A program made the position numbers and the translations under genes. A stretch of 64,000 nt of DNA from Haplodiscus bocki. Its lineage: Eukaryota. The number at the start of each line of letters is the position of its first letter. Position 1 is the first letter of the stretch. A model generated the notes under the pieces. It was not told the origin of the DNA. It saw only the letters and a list, made by a program, of their open reading frames with translations, and made no database searches. Shown piece by piece: positions 1 to 11,345 of this stretch. Location: assembly GCA_965655095.1 (NCBI GenBank), contig OZ296656.1, positions 15,624,001-15,688,000 of the forward strand, written 5' to 3'.

Positions 1-720
1 GCATAGCAAACGTCGAGATGGCTAGCATCTCGTGACGCATGTGTTTGGTTGCAGGGACGCGTAGGATGCGGACACTTCGGATCCAATCCATACCTTAAAA
101 CGATTCGGTCTCAACTCGGATTTGGGAGATGAAACCTATAGCTTTGGAACGGCAGGGCATTCAACCAACCTGAGGATCCTTTCTCCGATGTCAAATTTAA
201 AACAAACAACTCTCGGTTTAAGAGGAATTTAAAAACAGCCGTCTACCACCGGCATATTTTCTGTCTACGAAGTTTTTTAAATCTGCCTTTTAAAAGGATG
301 AAAGCGCTTTTTTTGAATTTTTTCTTTAAATTTTGTAATTTTCCAAATTGGCAAACAGCGTTGAAAAAACGTCGGATTTGGCGTCTTGAGTGGACGATTT
401 TCCTTCCATTTTATAAATTTGGTTGGAGAATAAAAACGAGAGATATACCAATCAAAGTATGCAACCATTATAATCACTACCTCGAGGAATTTAGCAGAAA
501 TTTTTGTTCTGCTGATACTGTGATGTGTTGAATGAAAATTCCTTCAAAAGTTTTCGGAGTGAATCAAAATTTGAAGGAAGCCTTTAGAAAATTGTCTTTT
601 CAAATAAAGCAGTAAAAGTTTAAAATTATGGAAATGGGCGTAACCGAGAATATTGTAGAATCAACGTTTTTCGCTTGGAATTTGCACTTTATTGTGCATT
701 GTGTAATTGTGTATTTTTAG

Positions 721-1128
721 TGAAACCAGCAGTAGCCCATTGTGATTTGAAGAGTAGGAACATTTTGGTGAAAGATGATTTGTCATGCTGCATCGCCGAT
801 TTCGGATTGGCTGTCACCCCTCAGGACTTTTCCCCCAACGCACACGGAATCGAGAGCAGAAGAAGAAGGTATATCATAGGCACCAGGCGGTACAGTCCCC
901 CTGACCTGTTAAACCTGGCCATGACCTTTGGCAACGACGAGAGCATCACCAAAACCAGTCGGTTGAACAGTGACACGAAAGAGCACCTAGGAGAAAGTGA
1001 CACGTCGTCAGAAACAAACTGTGAAGAGTTGAAAGTCCAGTATCTCACTTTTGAACACTGCAGACAAGCTGACATCTACTCGGCTGGACTCATTTTCTGG
1101 GAAATTTCCAGGCGGGTCAAACCGTGGG
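721..1128 (+). CDS. Internal exon of a TGF-beta/BMP/activin family receptor Ser/Thr kinase (subdomains VIb-IX), type I-like
   Basis: Reads KPAVAHCDLKSRNILVK...CCIADFGLAV...GTRRYSPPDLL...QADIYSAGLIFWEISRR, matching the family motifs KPAIAHRDLKSKNILVK / GTKRYMAPE / ADIYxxGLxxWEIARR. Acceptor tttttag ends at 720; donor G|gtacgt starts at 1129; both are phase 1. Confidence 0.93.
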
Positions 1129-1400
1129 GTACGTTGTTTTGATATTCATCATTACCATTTTGAAATCGAGCTATTACCCTCAACTGTTTTATGGACATTT
1201 TTTTTTGGAATATGTAAAAAAAAACGGGGTCAGTTTTGTACGTGTGGTTCAAACAATTCGACTTTCATTCGGGCAGAAGGCATCTAATTGTGTTGGGTGC
1301 CATAAATCATTATTATGTAAAAATAGTGTAACACTCAATTTTCATTCATTCTGAAATTTCTCGACTAGTTCTCTCAACGTTCTTTTGATCTGCAAACTCA

Positions 1401-1674
1401 CCCTAGATCAACGTAAATATATATCTTGCAAGATTCTTGCAAAAAATATGAATCTTCAAAGATTCTTGCAGAAAAATTTATTTCTTGCAAGATTCTTGCA
1501 GACGATGTCAATCTTCCAAGAATCTTGCTAGAAACGCCCAGTCTGCCTGAATCTTCCAAGATTGGTATTTTTTGTAAGATCTTGCTAGATTCTGTAAGAA
1601 TAATGCATAATCTTCCAAGTTCTTGTGAAAATCTTAGAAGAATCTTGCAAGAAATGCATTCCATCTCAACTAGG
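1401..1674. mobile_element. MITE-like foldback element built from degenerate TCTTGCAAGA repeats
   Basis: Imperfect ~40 bp terminal inverted repeats (ccctag...tcttgcaagattctt versus aagaatcttgcaaga...ctagg); the interior has many copies of the palindrome TCTTGCAAGA. Confidence 0.6.
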
Positions 1675-4619
1675 CATTCTCAATTGGCTTTAAAACTTGA
1701 TCTGATTCAAAAACTTATATTAAAAACGGATTGTTCTTTTGTGTTCATAATGGATGGAATCATGGGTGGTTGGTTTTTTAGGGCATTGGGCATTTTGTCC
1801 TTGGTACTTTGGGTATTTTGGGCGTGGGTATCTTGGGGTGGAACCGGAATTATGTACTTGTTCGAAAGGTGAAAAGTTGAACCACGATTTTGTTGATGTC
1901 AAACCTGAAATGATTTCAAACCGGGAGTATTTCCATGTTTCAATTTTTCAGTCCATTTTCAATGTCAAAATAACCTGAAAAATATTACGTCCATTTTATC
2001 TGCACGTGAAGTGACCACTCACAATTTGAAAATTAAATGGTTGAAGAACAATCACCAGAAGAAATCTCATCGAGTTGAAGGCAACGTTTCAGAGCGTTAA
2101 ACCAGCTTGAAAGACCATTGCTGCTCAATGCTCAATTTGGCTCCGTTTGGAATTTCACCGCAAATGATAGCGAAGAGTCGTGAGCCTTTTTTAAAAGAGC
2201 TGACGATAAAACACTTTTGACTATTTTTCCGCAATTTTCATACAAAAACAGAAGTGACTATCTTTGCAGACAGAATATGAATCAGTCATTGCGAAGGTCA
2301 CCGCTGTCAAATCATTAGCATAAATTTAACTAATTTCACGCATGTAGAGCTGAAAAAGATTTCTTCCCAAACAAACCTAAAAATTTGCATAATGTCGCTT
2401 TAAGATTAGTGGCATGTATTTTTTTGCGTCACGGAAAATAACGAGTTGAGGATTGGTTATGGTGATGGTTAGCTGTACTGATACATTGTACAGCGGGTAG
2501 TTTGTAGATTGCGTTCGAGAAAGAATATTCTTGTATTGCTGTAATTATGCCTCCTTTTCTATATTTCGTGTGCCAAGTAAAGCGACGCCACTTCTGTTTG
2601 CGCTCTGCGTAATTCTTATAGCTGTGTTGGTACCCAGCAAGAGGAACGTAATCAATTCTGTTTTGAAATTCAATTAGGCTGGTTGAGAAAAAACAGACAC
2701 AGAAGCGAAGGTAGTAAACGGGCCATTTACTGAAATGTTTTCACTTCATGCTGCCGCACAAAGTATTTGAACATCTGGGCCATTTGTTCACATTTTCTTG
2801 CTATTTTCTCATGCTATAAAATGTATAAAAAGCAAAGACAGTATAGGCAAAGTGTAGGCGGCGTCGGTGTTATGTAGCACTAGAGGTAGCCGCCACAGCA
2901 AGCGAATTTTTGAGAAGTGAAATCATGTTACATCAATAGGAGGATGCGTTGCATAATTAAGGTTTTTAGCAAGTCCAATTTTGCGTAATATTTGCGTGTC
3001 TTGGATCTGAAGTAATAAGTGAATTTACAATGTAGGATAACATGGAATTTGAAAATATGTTAAATAAATGTGCACCAAATTTACAATACACATTAAGTTT
3101 TGTCCATTTTTCTGAGATTCCTTAGTAGCATTAGCAAAAGTATGATTCGTGAAAAGCCACTATTTTTTAGATTTATATTAGCATTTTAGAATTTTTATGG
3201 AATCTCATTTTTGTCTGTTTTCTGGAAAAAAAGCATTCGCGCTTTCTACATAGAGTAGCAGTAATTTCATTTTCAGACTGGTAAATATAGTTGTGAAATA
3301 AATGTATTTATTTCGTAAAATTTCGTGGTTCTGAGTATGAGTGGACACGAAAAGGTCAAAAAGGCGACGCCATTTACCATTTTTTTTATTATCATTGATC
3401 AGTGCTGAGATTGTTCACTTGTGTATTTACAAATTTCACCAGAACATCGAAATACTCTGTATCCATAATATAAAGATCTCTCAAATTAAGAAGGTAATTC
3501 TGTTCAAACTATCAGTCTTCAAACATTGTTCTTTTCTCGCCGCTAGTAATGAGATTGAATTCCTGTGAGATATCTCAGTTCTTTTTTTTCACTGGTATGG
3601 TTGATCTCTTCTAATTAATTTTGTAATTAACATTTCGTTTACATGTAGCTGTCGAACAGTAAATAGTTTGTCTTTTTGCCTCATACCCGTCGAGGTTCCA
3701 ACACTTTTTTTTTGAAAATAATTCAATATTAGGTTTTACTGTTCTGCAATGGATCACACGAGCGGGCAAGATTTTGTTATTTTCGTGAGTTTCGAAATTG
3801 CAAAATCTGCGTTCCCTCTAGAAATAAAATTTAATCGTCCGGCGTGGCTGCATGCCAAAATTTTCTGCACGCGGCCTAATATTAAGCTTCTTTTCTCGTT
3901 TTGAATGAAATGAACTACAGCGGTACGTACTTGAAATTCTGTCTAAATATTTATTTCGAAGACGAACCTTTAGCTATTTTGATTCAAAAATGTTTTGTAA
4001 GCTGCCTGGATTGCGTTCAACCAGTGTTTATTCGAACTCTCGTTACCCAGATATTCTGTGCAGTGGCAGGGATTAACTTTCATAATTTTCCGACGGACAA
4101 TTTGAAAATCAACGATGTTTTCAGTTACGTCGTTCGTTGAAAGTTTTTTCTCGAAGACCAATGGTTGAATTGGGCCCATTCAATGCTGATTCAATTACTT
4201 GCTGCCCGAAGCGTCTTATAAGCTGCCGGGATGGTCTAATTTCATCTTCTCTCGCAAAATTTTTAAAGTTGTTTGAAAAGCTGAAGATGTTTATACTTGT
4301 GTCGCTCGTTAAAAGTGGTTTTGGTCGGGTGATGTACTGTAGTAAGAGCCTACTTTTGCAGTGACTTTAATTTTTTGTAAGTTGACAGAATCGCATCGAA
4401 CTGATCCAATTTTGACAGTTGTTTGAATTGGTAAGTTCATAGGAATCTGCTTAGTTCACAAATGTAGTAAGTTCATGAGAATCTAAAACCGACTTGCAGT
4501 AAAATATCTTGGCACTATCATTGACACGGTGTCAACGATAATGCCAAGATGTTTTACTGCATTTTTCGTTGTTATTCTTTTTCAGTATCAATACCTAATG
4601 TTATGATTTCTCATTGATC

Positions 4620-4845
4620 TTACGTGATGAGTTTTTTGCACTCAATTTGTGTTTATTTGTTTCCATCGAGTGTTCCAGTTTTGTTCTCAGTTACCCTTGT
4701 TGCTCATCCGATGTAAAGTTTGAGGTAACGACAATAGTATCGTCAGCAAACAATGTAATATTGAGAACTGTAGTGATTTCTGGTACGTCATTGAGGTAAA
4801 CTAAAGAGTAGTGGTCCCTAGACTGATCCTTGAGGAACACGAGAA
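4620..4845 (-). mobile_element. Degenerate LINE (CR1/L2-like) reverse transcriptase fragment
   Basis: Minus strand reads VPQGSV*GPLLF...YLNDVP...LFADDT, with a stop and a frameshift. Confidence 0.8.
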
Positions 4846-5493
4846 TTTAGTTGTTGCGGCCTGGAACAGATGAAAGAAAAATGGCCAACCTTCTAATTTA
4901 TAGGTTTTCAAATCTGGGGAATTATTTAAGAAACTTTTTCATCCGGAGAGATTGAGAGCCAAAATGGTTTTCTATTTTTATAACTTCGAAGGAATGCACG
5001 AATCAAGTCAACAGATTGGTCGCCCGTAAACGGCTTGGGCCATACTCCATTCAGGCCTGTTTCCTTTGTGCTTCCAACTACTAGAACTTTAAGAATGATT
5101 TCAATGTATTTATCGATCAGTTTCGCTACCATTATTTTTTGAAAAGCGACTGGTACACGGTTCAAAAAAAGTAGATTGAGACGATCCTGACAATCAGCGC
5201 CCATTACCAGTGACTGGTGATCTCGCCAAGGTCCTCAAACAACTGCTTCGCAAGCAAATCGATAATTATTTGAACAAAAAAGTCATGTGATGCAACTTTT
5301 TAGTTTCGGAAGAAAATTTTTGTCGATAGTTGCGTTACTATTCGGCACTGAAAATTTTCGCTCGTTTATTCATCACATATTATTTTCACGGCATTAAAGT
5401 TAAATGTCTTACACTTGCTTGCACAGTTACAACATAGTATTTTTCTGATCCGTTCACAACTGACATAAGTTCCTAGATTTTGAACAAAGAGGA

Positions 5494-5566
5494 GGTAGTG
5501 GCCAAGGCTCGAACCTGTGACCTTTGGCGCCGCAGTTGAATGCTCTACTGACTGTGCCATTGTAGT
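5494..5566 (-). mobile_element. tRNA-derived SINE head or tRNA pseudogene
   Basis: Minus strand has an A-box-like TGGCACAGTCAGTAGAGC and a B-box GGTTCGAGCC at tRNA spacing; acceptor and anticodon stems do not pair properly. Confidence 0.6.
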
Positions 5567-5719
5567 TTGAGAATCAGTGTTTTTATTTAAAATATAAGGC
5601 GAATGATACCGTTTCTTACTTGTATATAAATGTAAATGTACAAGAATGAACTGAGTTTGTGCTCACTTGTTATCATAGTATTCGCAGTATCGTGACCCCT
5701 ACAAAAATCGGTTATATTT

Positions 5720-5786
5720 AGTCGATTTGTTCACTAGTATTCCGTTGGCGCAAGTGTTGCAAAGCAAGCTTCGCCTTTGAGTCGAA
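5720..5786. repeat. Dispersed repeat end with a GCGAAGC hairpin and CTAG; related copies at ~8358-8425 and ~47735-47785
   Basis: gatttgttcactagt.ttccgtt.gc.caa.tgttgc.aagc...gcttcgc is shared at 5723 and 8360, and partly at 47740. Confidence 0.6.
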
Positions 5787-5924
5787 ACCGTTCGATTGCA
5801 TCAATTATGAGCTACTTAACCATAACTTTTTGAATTTTTTGTTTTTCAGCATGCAATCTAATTGCTTCTTTTTTTGAACATCGTCCTTGAAAATGATAGT
5901 TAATAATTGCGAATCAGACAGGAT

Positions 5925-6060
5925 TGAATTTTATCAAGTGTTTCCACAAGAGATGATATTGGGACCGTCCTTGTTCAATCTTGATATAATTAATCATGGG
6001 ATGCCTATTCGTTCAACGTGCAGATGACGATATCCGGTCAAAATCTAAATTATTCAATTA
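5925..6060 (+). mobile_element. Highly degenerate LINE RT fragment
   Basis: Reads FPQEMILGPSLFNL...ADD, a decayed VPQGxxLGPxLF / YADD pair. Confidence 0.5.
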
Positions 6061-6599
6061 AGTTGTAGGTTTAACAAATTAAGTGTTTGAGCTTAAAACT
6101 GAGGTAATTTAGGCTAATCGCCTCTGGTATTTAATTACGACTACCATTTCTTGGTATTTTTTCATTTCAGAAGCACTTCTGTTCTATGGCTGAGGTGTTT
6201 TCAGTACCCCTTGCGCTCAGGAATTTGCAAGAGGTTCAGTGTTAGCGAAGGGGTTTCACGAAAAAATTGGCATTCGCTTTCTAAAAATGTTTGTATATGC
6301 AAAGGGTTTTTAGGAAAGTTTCTGCTATTTGCCTTTTTTGAGTCCGAAGATTGGGCAAGCGGGGTTTCACATAAACATTTTAAAAATCAAATCGCGAAAT
6401 AACGTTGTTGAAATTGCAAAAAAGACTTGAAATCCACATTATTTGCCTGCTGTTCTCGCCACCATTCCTGAACAATTTGTAGTACTTCTTGGAAAATTTA
6501 CTCATGAAATGGAATGAAATTTACGCAAAATTTTGAGAAATTTTCGAATGTACATTTTTAAAAAAATTGTTGTTGAGATTTTGACTTCCGAAGATGAAC

Positions 6600-7900
6600 A
6601 TTTTAGAAATGGAACTTGCAATAATATAGAAAAGCGCTGTCGACATATAATTAGTGTAGTTTCTAGACCATTTTTTAAATTAGGTGCGATTTGTTAACGA
6701 ATGAACTCAATTATGTTCGTGCGTCGTAGCATAAATATATATATATTTGACATGCAACCCGCAGATGCTACAATAATTTTCGCAGCTTTATGAGTGTAAT
6801 AAAGTGCTGTATTATTGAATGGGGTGTGAGTAAAACAATGGAATACTTCAAGTCGTGTCGTCTAAATGTGAATTCCACAAAAATTGATTTTCTACTTCTA
6901 AATAAACCTGCTACAAACCCTTTCTTGGAAAATAAAAGCATTGATGTTCCAAACCAAACAAATGAAGTGTCATGTAACACCAAAAACTCATGTGTAATCT
7001 TGGACAAAAGTCTTACTTTCCAGGAAGACATCAAATCATGTCTGCGGAAAATGGCTTGTGGCATTAAAACTATAAATAGCATCAAGAACTGCCTTCCTTT
7101 ATCAACACGTTTCTTTCTAGTGGAGGCAGTTGTCATCAATCATGTCCACTATCCAGCAGTGCTACTTAATGGACTCAGAATTTATTATCTTGATGGACCT
7201 ACTTGAATCGTAGAATGTTTGACCACCGCTACGATCTCAAATTTCTATCAAATATTAGCGTTTACGTTTCTTCATCTTGAAGCTATCTGTTTTCTGTGGA
7301 AAGTAAAGTACTCACATACCCTGCTTGCAGTTTCATATTCAATAAAAACTTCAGTAGCTCACTTAAGTTTTCATCACAGTAGTGATTTTCTCAAAGAAAA
7401 GTTTAAACAAAACTAGCAATGAACTTTTCAGAAAAATTCGCCCTTTTTACTCTGATATATATCAGAATGAACCTCTGCATAACTAACGTTTTTAAAAGAT
7501 GTGTGAGTTTCTTTTTAAAGGAACAATTTGCAGAGGATAAATCAGTTGAAGCCTATGGGAAAGTTCAGGGACAGACTCCAGATTCAATTGATTTCGTTTC
7601 GGATTGAATGTGGAATAATGTTTTAAATTGCCATAAACTAGCCTTGTATGAGTCTCTGTAATTATTCGGTCATTGTTGGGAAATTTAGTGTTTTTTTATT
7701 TCAGCATTCAAGTTGACTTTTTGTTCTCTACCACTTAAATATGATTTTGAGAAGTCGTATCGTGGGCCTCTGATATCTATGTGTAGGACTTCATCGTAAC
7801 AACTGGGTTATTGGTCTCATCAAAAAATTTCGAGAGGTGACACATTGTAAATGCATAGTTTACTTTTTCGGACAATTTTTTTGTAATAAATTGATAATAG
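6600..7900 (+). mobile_element. Degenerate LINE (L2/CR1-like) RT C-terminal region and 3' end
   Basis: ORF 6790-7206 reads LNVNSTKIDFL...VILDKSLTFQEDIKSCLRKMACGIKTI, resembling LINE RT domain 6-7/thumb (LNxxKT, GVxLDxxLxF); boundaries approximate. Confidence 0.65.
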
Positions 7901-10315
7901 TGCCTGCGTCTGTAGTTGACACTTTAGGGAGAATTCAATACCTTTTATTTGACAATACATTCTGTGAATTTAGAATATAGAATTAGAATTAACGCTGTAA
8001 AGAGAATCGTTGTCTGCTACTTTGGTTCATATAATGTACGGAAAAACATAATGATAGACTTGAAAGATGTGGTGTTTGCCGAGAAAATTTGCAGGCATTT
8101 GAAGAAGTGGACTGGGTTGAAAACCTCATGGATAACTTACTACGGTCCTGATCTGGAACCAGCTCTGCCAGAGATGAATCGCACTGCGAGATCTTGTTAA
8201 GAATGCTTTGATTCAAAGATAGAACGTAATTAGGACCTATCATAGCTGGACACAAATGAAGTGTTAATTTCAATTTATAAATTTCTGCTTAGTTGTAGTC
8301 AAAAAAATCAGTAGTTTTCGTTGAACTGTGGAGCTTTCAAAAATCAGTTAAACTTGTTAGATTTGTTCACTAGTCTTCCGTTAGCTCAATTGTTGCGAAG
8401 CCCGGCTTCGCGTCTGTGTAAAAAGTTTCATCTATGGGAGGGCAACCGAGATGGCGATAAAAATCAAACAATTTATTGGCAGTAGCCGTGCAAGTTAACA
8501 AACAGATTGATTGGAGTGACCCTTTCTGATAAGCAGTGTCGCGGGTGTACTAAGTTAATTGTTTATTATTGTTTTCGCTAGCTAATATTGCTGAGCGGCG
8601 TGTGCGGCCATATGTCTGCGTTATCGTGTAAGAAAGTCTCAAAAGCTTACACTGTTATTAGCCTTGTAAATTTGCCTTGCTAAACCGCGCGAACAAAGTT
8701 GCGTAAGTTCTACTAGCAAGGACTTGGTGAGCAAAGAAGGAGTATGAAATAAGAGATGAATTATTTGGTGAATATACAGAAATGGCAGTCAACTTGTACA
8801 AAGTAAATGTGTACAAGATAAGATGAAATTTCCGATGGGTGAGATTATTAGGGGTGAGATTTGAGAAATCCAAATTATTAACTTTCAGCAGCCTCCTTCT
8901 AAATTTTATAAAGCAACTTCTACAAATTCACAACCATTATAATATCAATTTTAACTGTAATATATCAATTTTGTATCACACGACTGTAATGTAGAACAAG
9001 CAATTTTATCCCCGAAATCCAAAGAATTATTCTTCTATCCACTGTATATTTATTCCCTCGTCTAATATTCGAAGATATCAAGAAATTTCCAGCACAAAGA
9101 TATCAAACAGAAAGTATCCAAAATTTTACAATATCCAAAATATTCGAAGAAAGAATTTATAATAGATTCGAAGTTTATCGCATGATAAATTCGAAGATGA
9201 TAAATTCGAAGTTTAAGGCATCGCAGTTTTAATAAAGCATAATAAGTCAGATTTAATAATAAGTTTAGCTGAAATTTTTTATTATTCAAATAAATGGAGT
9301 AAAACAGTAATTGACAATATTAAACTTACAAATCTTCCCAAAAATTATTGGAAATGTTTATCATGAATAAGTTGAGGTAAGTTTTGGCAGTGTTTTTTAT
9401 TTTTGGAGCTAGGACGAATGGTTTCATTCGTTGTTTCTAGCTTGGCTTCTTTGCCTTTTGTACTTTTTTAGTTTTATCCCCTATGTTGTATGTAATCAGT
9501 TTAGCTAAGACTTCGGTAACATGCCATAAGGCAGTCAACCGAGTCAATTTCCTTAAGTTCCTCCTTTAGTCAAGTGTTGTCCACTGACGAGGCGCCTTCA
9601 AGTATTTCGCTTTTAGTTAGTAAATTTTCTGTTTTAGCCTTTTGTCTACAACTATGGTAACATTCATAAAGCAGTTAACCAAGTCAGGTCTCTTATGGTC
9701 CTCTTTTGGTCAAGTGTTAATCCACTGACGAGGCGCTTTCATGTATTTTCGCTTTTAGTTTAACGACTCAGTACTTGTTTAACATAGTAACTGGCCGAGA
9801 AATCTTAATCCCCTTTTTGTCCATACCGTGACATAGTCCTCGGATTTTGTTGGAGGGGTTTGAATTGTTTTAGCCTTTTAGATTTCATCTAAGACTCAGA
9901 GTTACTCGTATTCACGGTTACTGAGCTGTTTCTCTTAGGTTCCCTTGTCTCAGACGCGGTAGTTTACTCGCGTAATTGTTGAGTGGGTTTATCTTTTACT
10001 TTTGCAATTTTCGGATAACCAGTAGTTTATTAACTGACTGGGTTTGAAATGAAAAAATCTTCTAAGAATTTCTAGAAAGATTTACTCTACTAGCAATTGA
10101 AATTAGAAACTCACGGATACCATCGTTGAAGTTGAGAAAGGGTGTTGATGTTCGGGTTCTCTAGGTCTTTGGTGGCTGTTCGAGAATGTTGGAAGTTGCT
10201 CGCTGAGAAGCGGTAGAAAGTTAGAAGTCGAAGAGGAAGTCGAGAAGGGTTTCGCCTCGCGGATTTAAGCAGGTGAATTGTGGCAAGCGAATGAATACTA
10301 TGGAAGTGCGCGGGG

Positions 10316-10370
10316 TATTTATACCCGGATGGTTACGTGTCCTTTCAATTTTGGGCGAGAGCCAATAGGA
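10316..10370 (-). promoter_or_regulatory. CCAAT-box plus TATA promoter block in the LTR; paralogous block at ~11029-11070
   Basis: Minus strand CCTATTGG...GGGTATAAA followed downstream by GAGGCGAAAC; the same layout occurs in copy 2. Confidence 0.6.
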
Positions 10371-10420
10371 TCATTCGACGAGCGAATCGAAAGCAGGTAA
10401 GTTGGCTCTGTATAACAGAA

Positions 10421-10939
10421 GTTTGGCAAAGACAAGTTTAGGAATTGTTTTAGAATGATTCTAATTGAGCAGATGAAGAGATTTGGCAAAGACAGGTTTA
10501 GGAATTGTCTTAGAATGATTCTAATTGAGTAGATGAAGAGATTTGGCAAAGACAGGTTTAGGAATTGTCTTAGAAAAATTCTAGTTGAGTAGATGAAGAG
10601 ATTTGACAAAGACAAGTTTAGGAATTGTCTTAGAATAATTCTAGTTGAGTAGATGAAGAGATTTGACAAAGACAAGTTTAGGAATTGTCTTAGAATAATT
10701 CTAGTTGAGTAGATGAAGAGATTCGGCAAAGACAGGTTTAGGAATTGTCTTAGAATGATTCTGAGTAGATGAAGAGATTTGGCAAAGACAGGTTTAGGAA
10801 TTGTCTTAGAATGATTCTAGTTGAGTAGATGAAAAGATTTGGCATAGACAAGTTTAGGAATTGTCTTAGAATATTTCTAGTTGAGTAGATGAAGAGATTT
10901 GGCAAAGACAGGTTTAGGAATTGTCTTTGAATAATTCTA
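10421..10939. repeat. 60-bp tandem array in the 3' LTR (~8.7 units)
   Basis: Unit atttggcaaagacaggtttaggaattgtcttagaatgattctagttgagtagatgaagag; one 56-bp variant. Confidence 0.95.
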
Positions 10940-11181
10940 TGATTAGGATGAGGGCGAAGAGAAAGAGAGTTTCGCCTCGGGGAAGTAGGCTGTTTAACTG
11001 AAGAGAGTGATTGAATAAAACGACAGGGTTTATACCCAGTTATGGCGCAATCGAGTGATCGTCCAATAGGAGAGCGCCTGAAGATAGCAATGTTTGCTTT
11101 GGGATCATTTGATCGGCGAGGAGAGGTGAGGAGTGGCGGTTGTTCAGAATTGTTGGGGTTTTTGCGGGTAAGTCATAATTC

Positions 11182-11345
11182 GACTTAGAATATTTTCGCT
11201 GAAAGCGATTTTGCGGCCAAGTCAGAATTTGACTTAGAATATTTTCGCCGAAGCGATTTTGCGGCTAAGTCAGAATTTGACTTGGAATATTTTCGCTGAA
11301 AGAGATATTGCGGCTCAGTCAGAATTTGACTTAGAATAATTTCGG
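11182..11345. repeat. 48-49 bp tandem array (~3.3 units); second copy at ~17971-18134
   Basis: Unit gacttagaatattttcgctgaaagcgattttgcggccaagtcagaattt. Confidence 0.9.

Noticed and set aside
675-720. N-terminal part of ORF 675-1142, and the ORF start at 24648
   Set aside because: Splice sites and homology place the exon boundaries at 721 and 24571.
1426-1872. 148 aa ORF
   Set aside because: Runs through the palindromic MITE and low-complexity G/T-rich sequence; no protein motif.
5494-5566. Functional tRNA gene
   Set aside because: A and B boxes are present, but no complete cloverleaf or clear anticodon arm.
9583-9620. CTGACGA suggesting a hammerhead ribozyme (also ~9725)
   Set aside because: No stem II followed by GAAA and no compatible stems I/III seen.
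10319-10729. Repetitive ORFs (also 16872-17462, 11185-11418, 40723-40932)
   Set aside because: Translations of tandem arrays; frames are not conserved between the 60-bp and 59-bp subfamilies.
10421-10939. CRISPR-like appearance of the ~60-bp arrays
   Set aside because: Whole units repeat with no unique spacers, there are no cas genes, and the context is eukaryotic.
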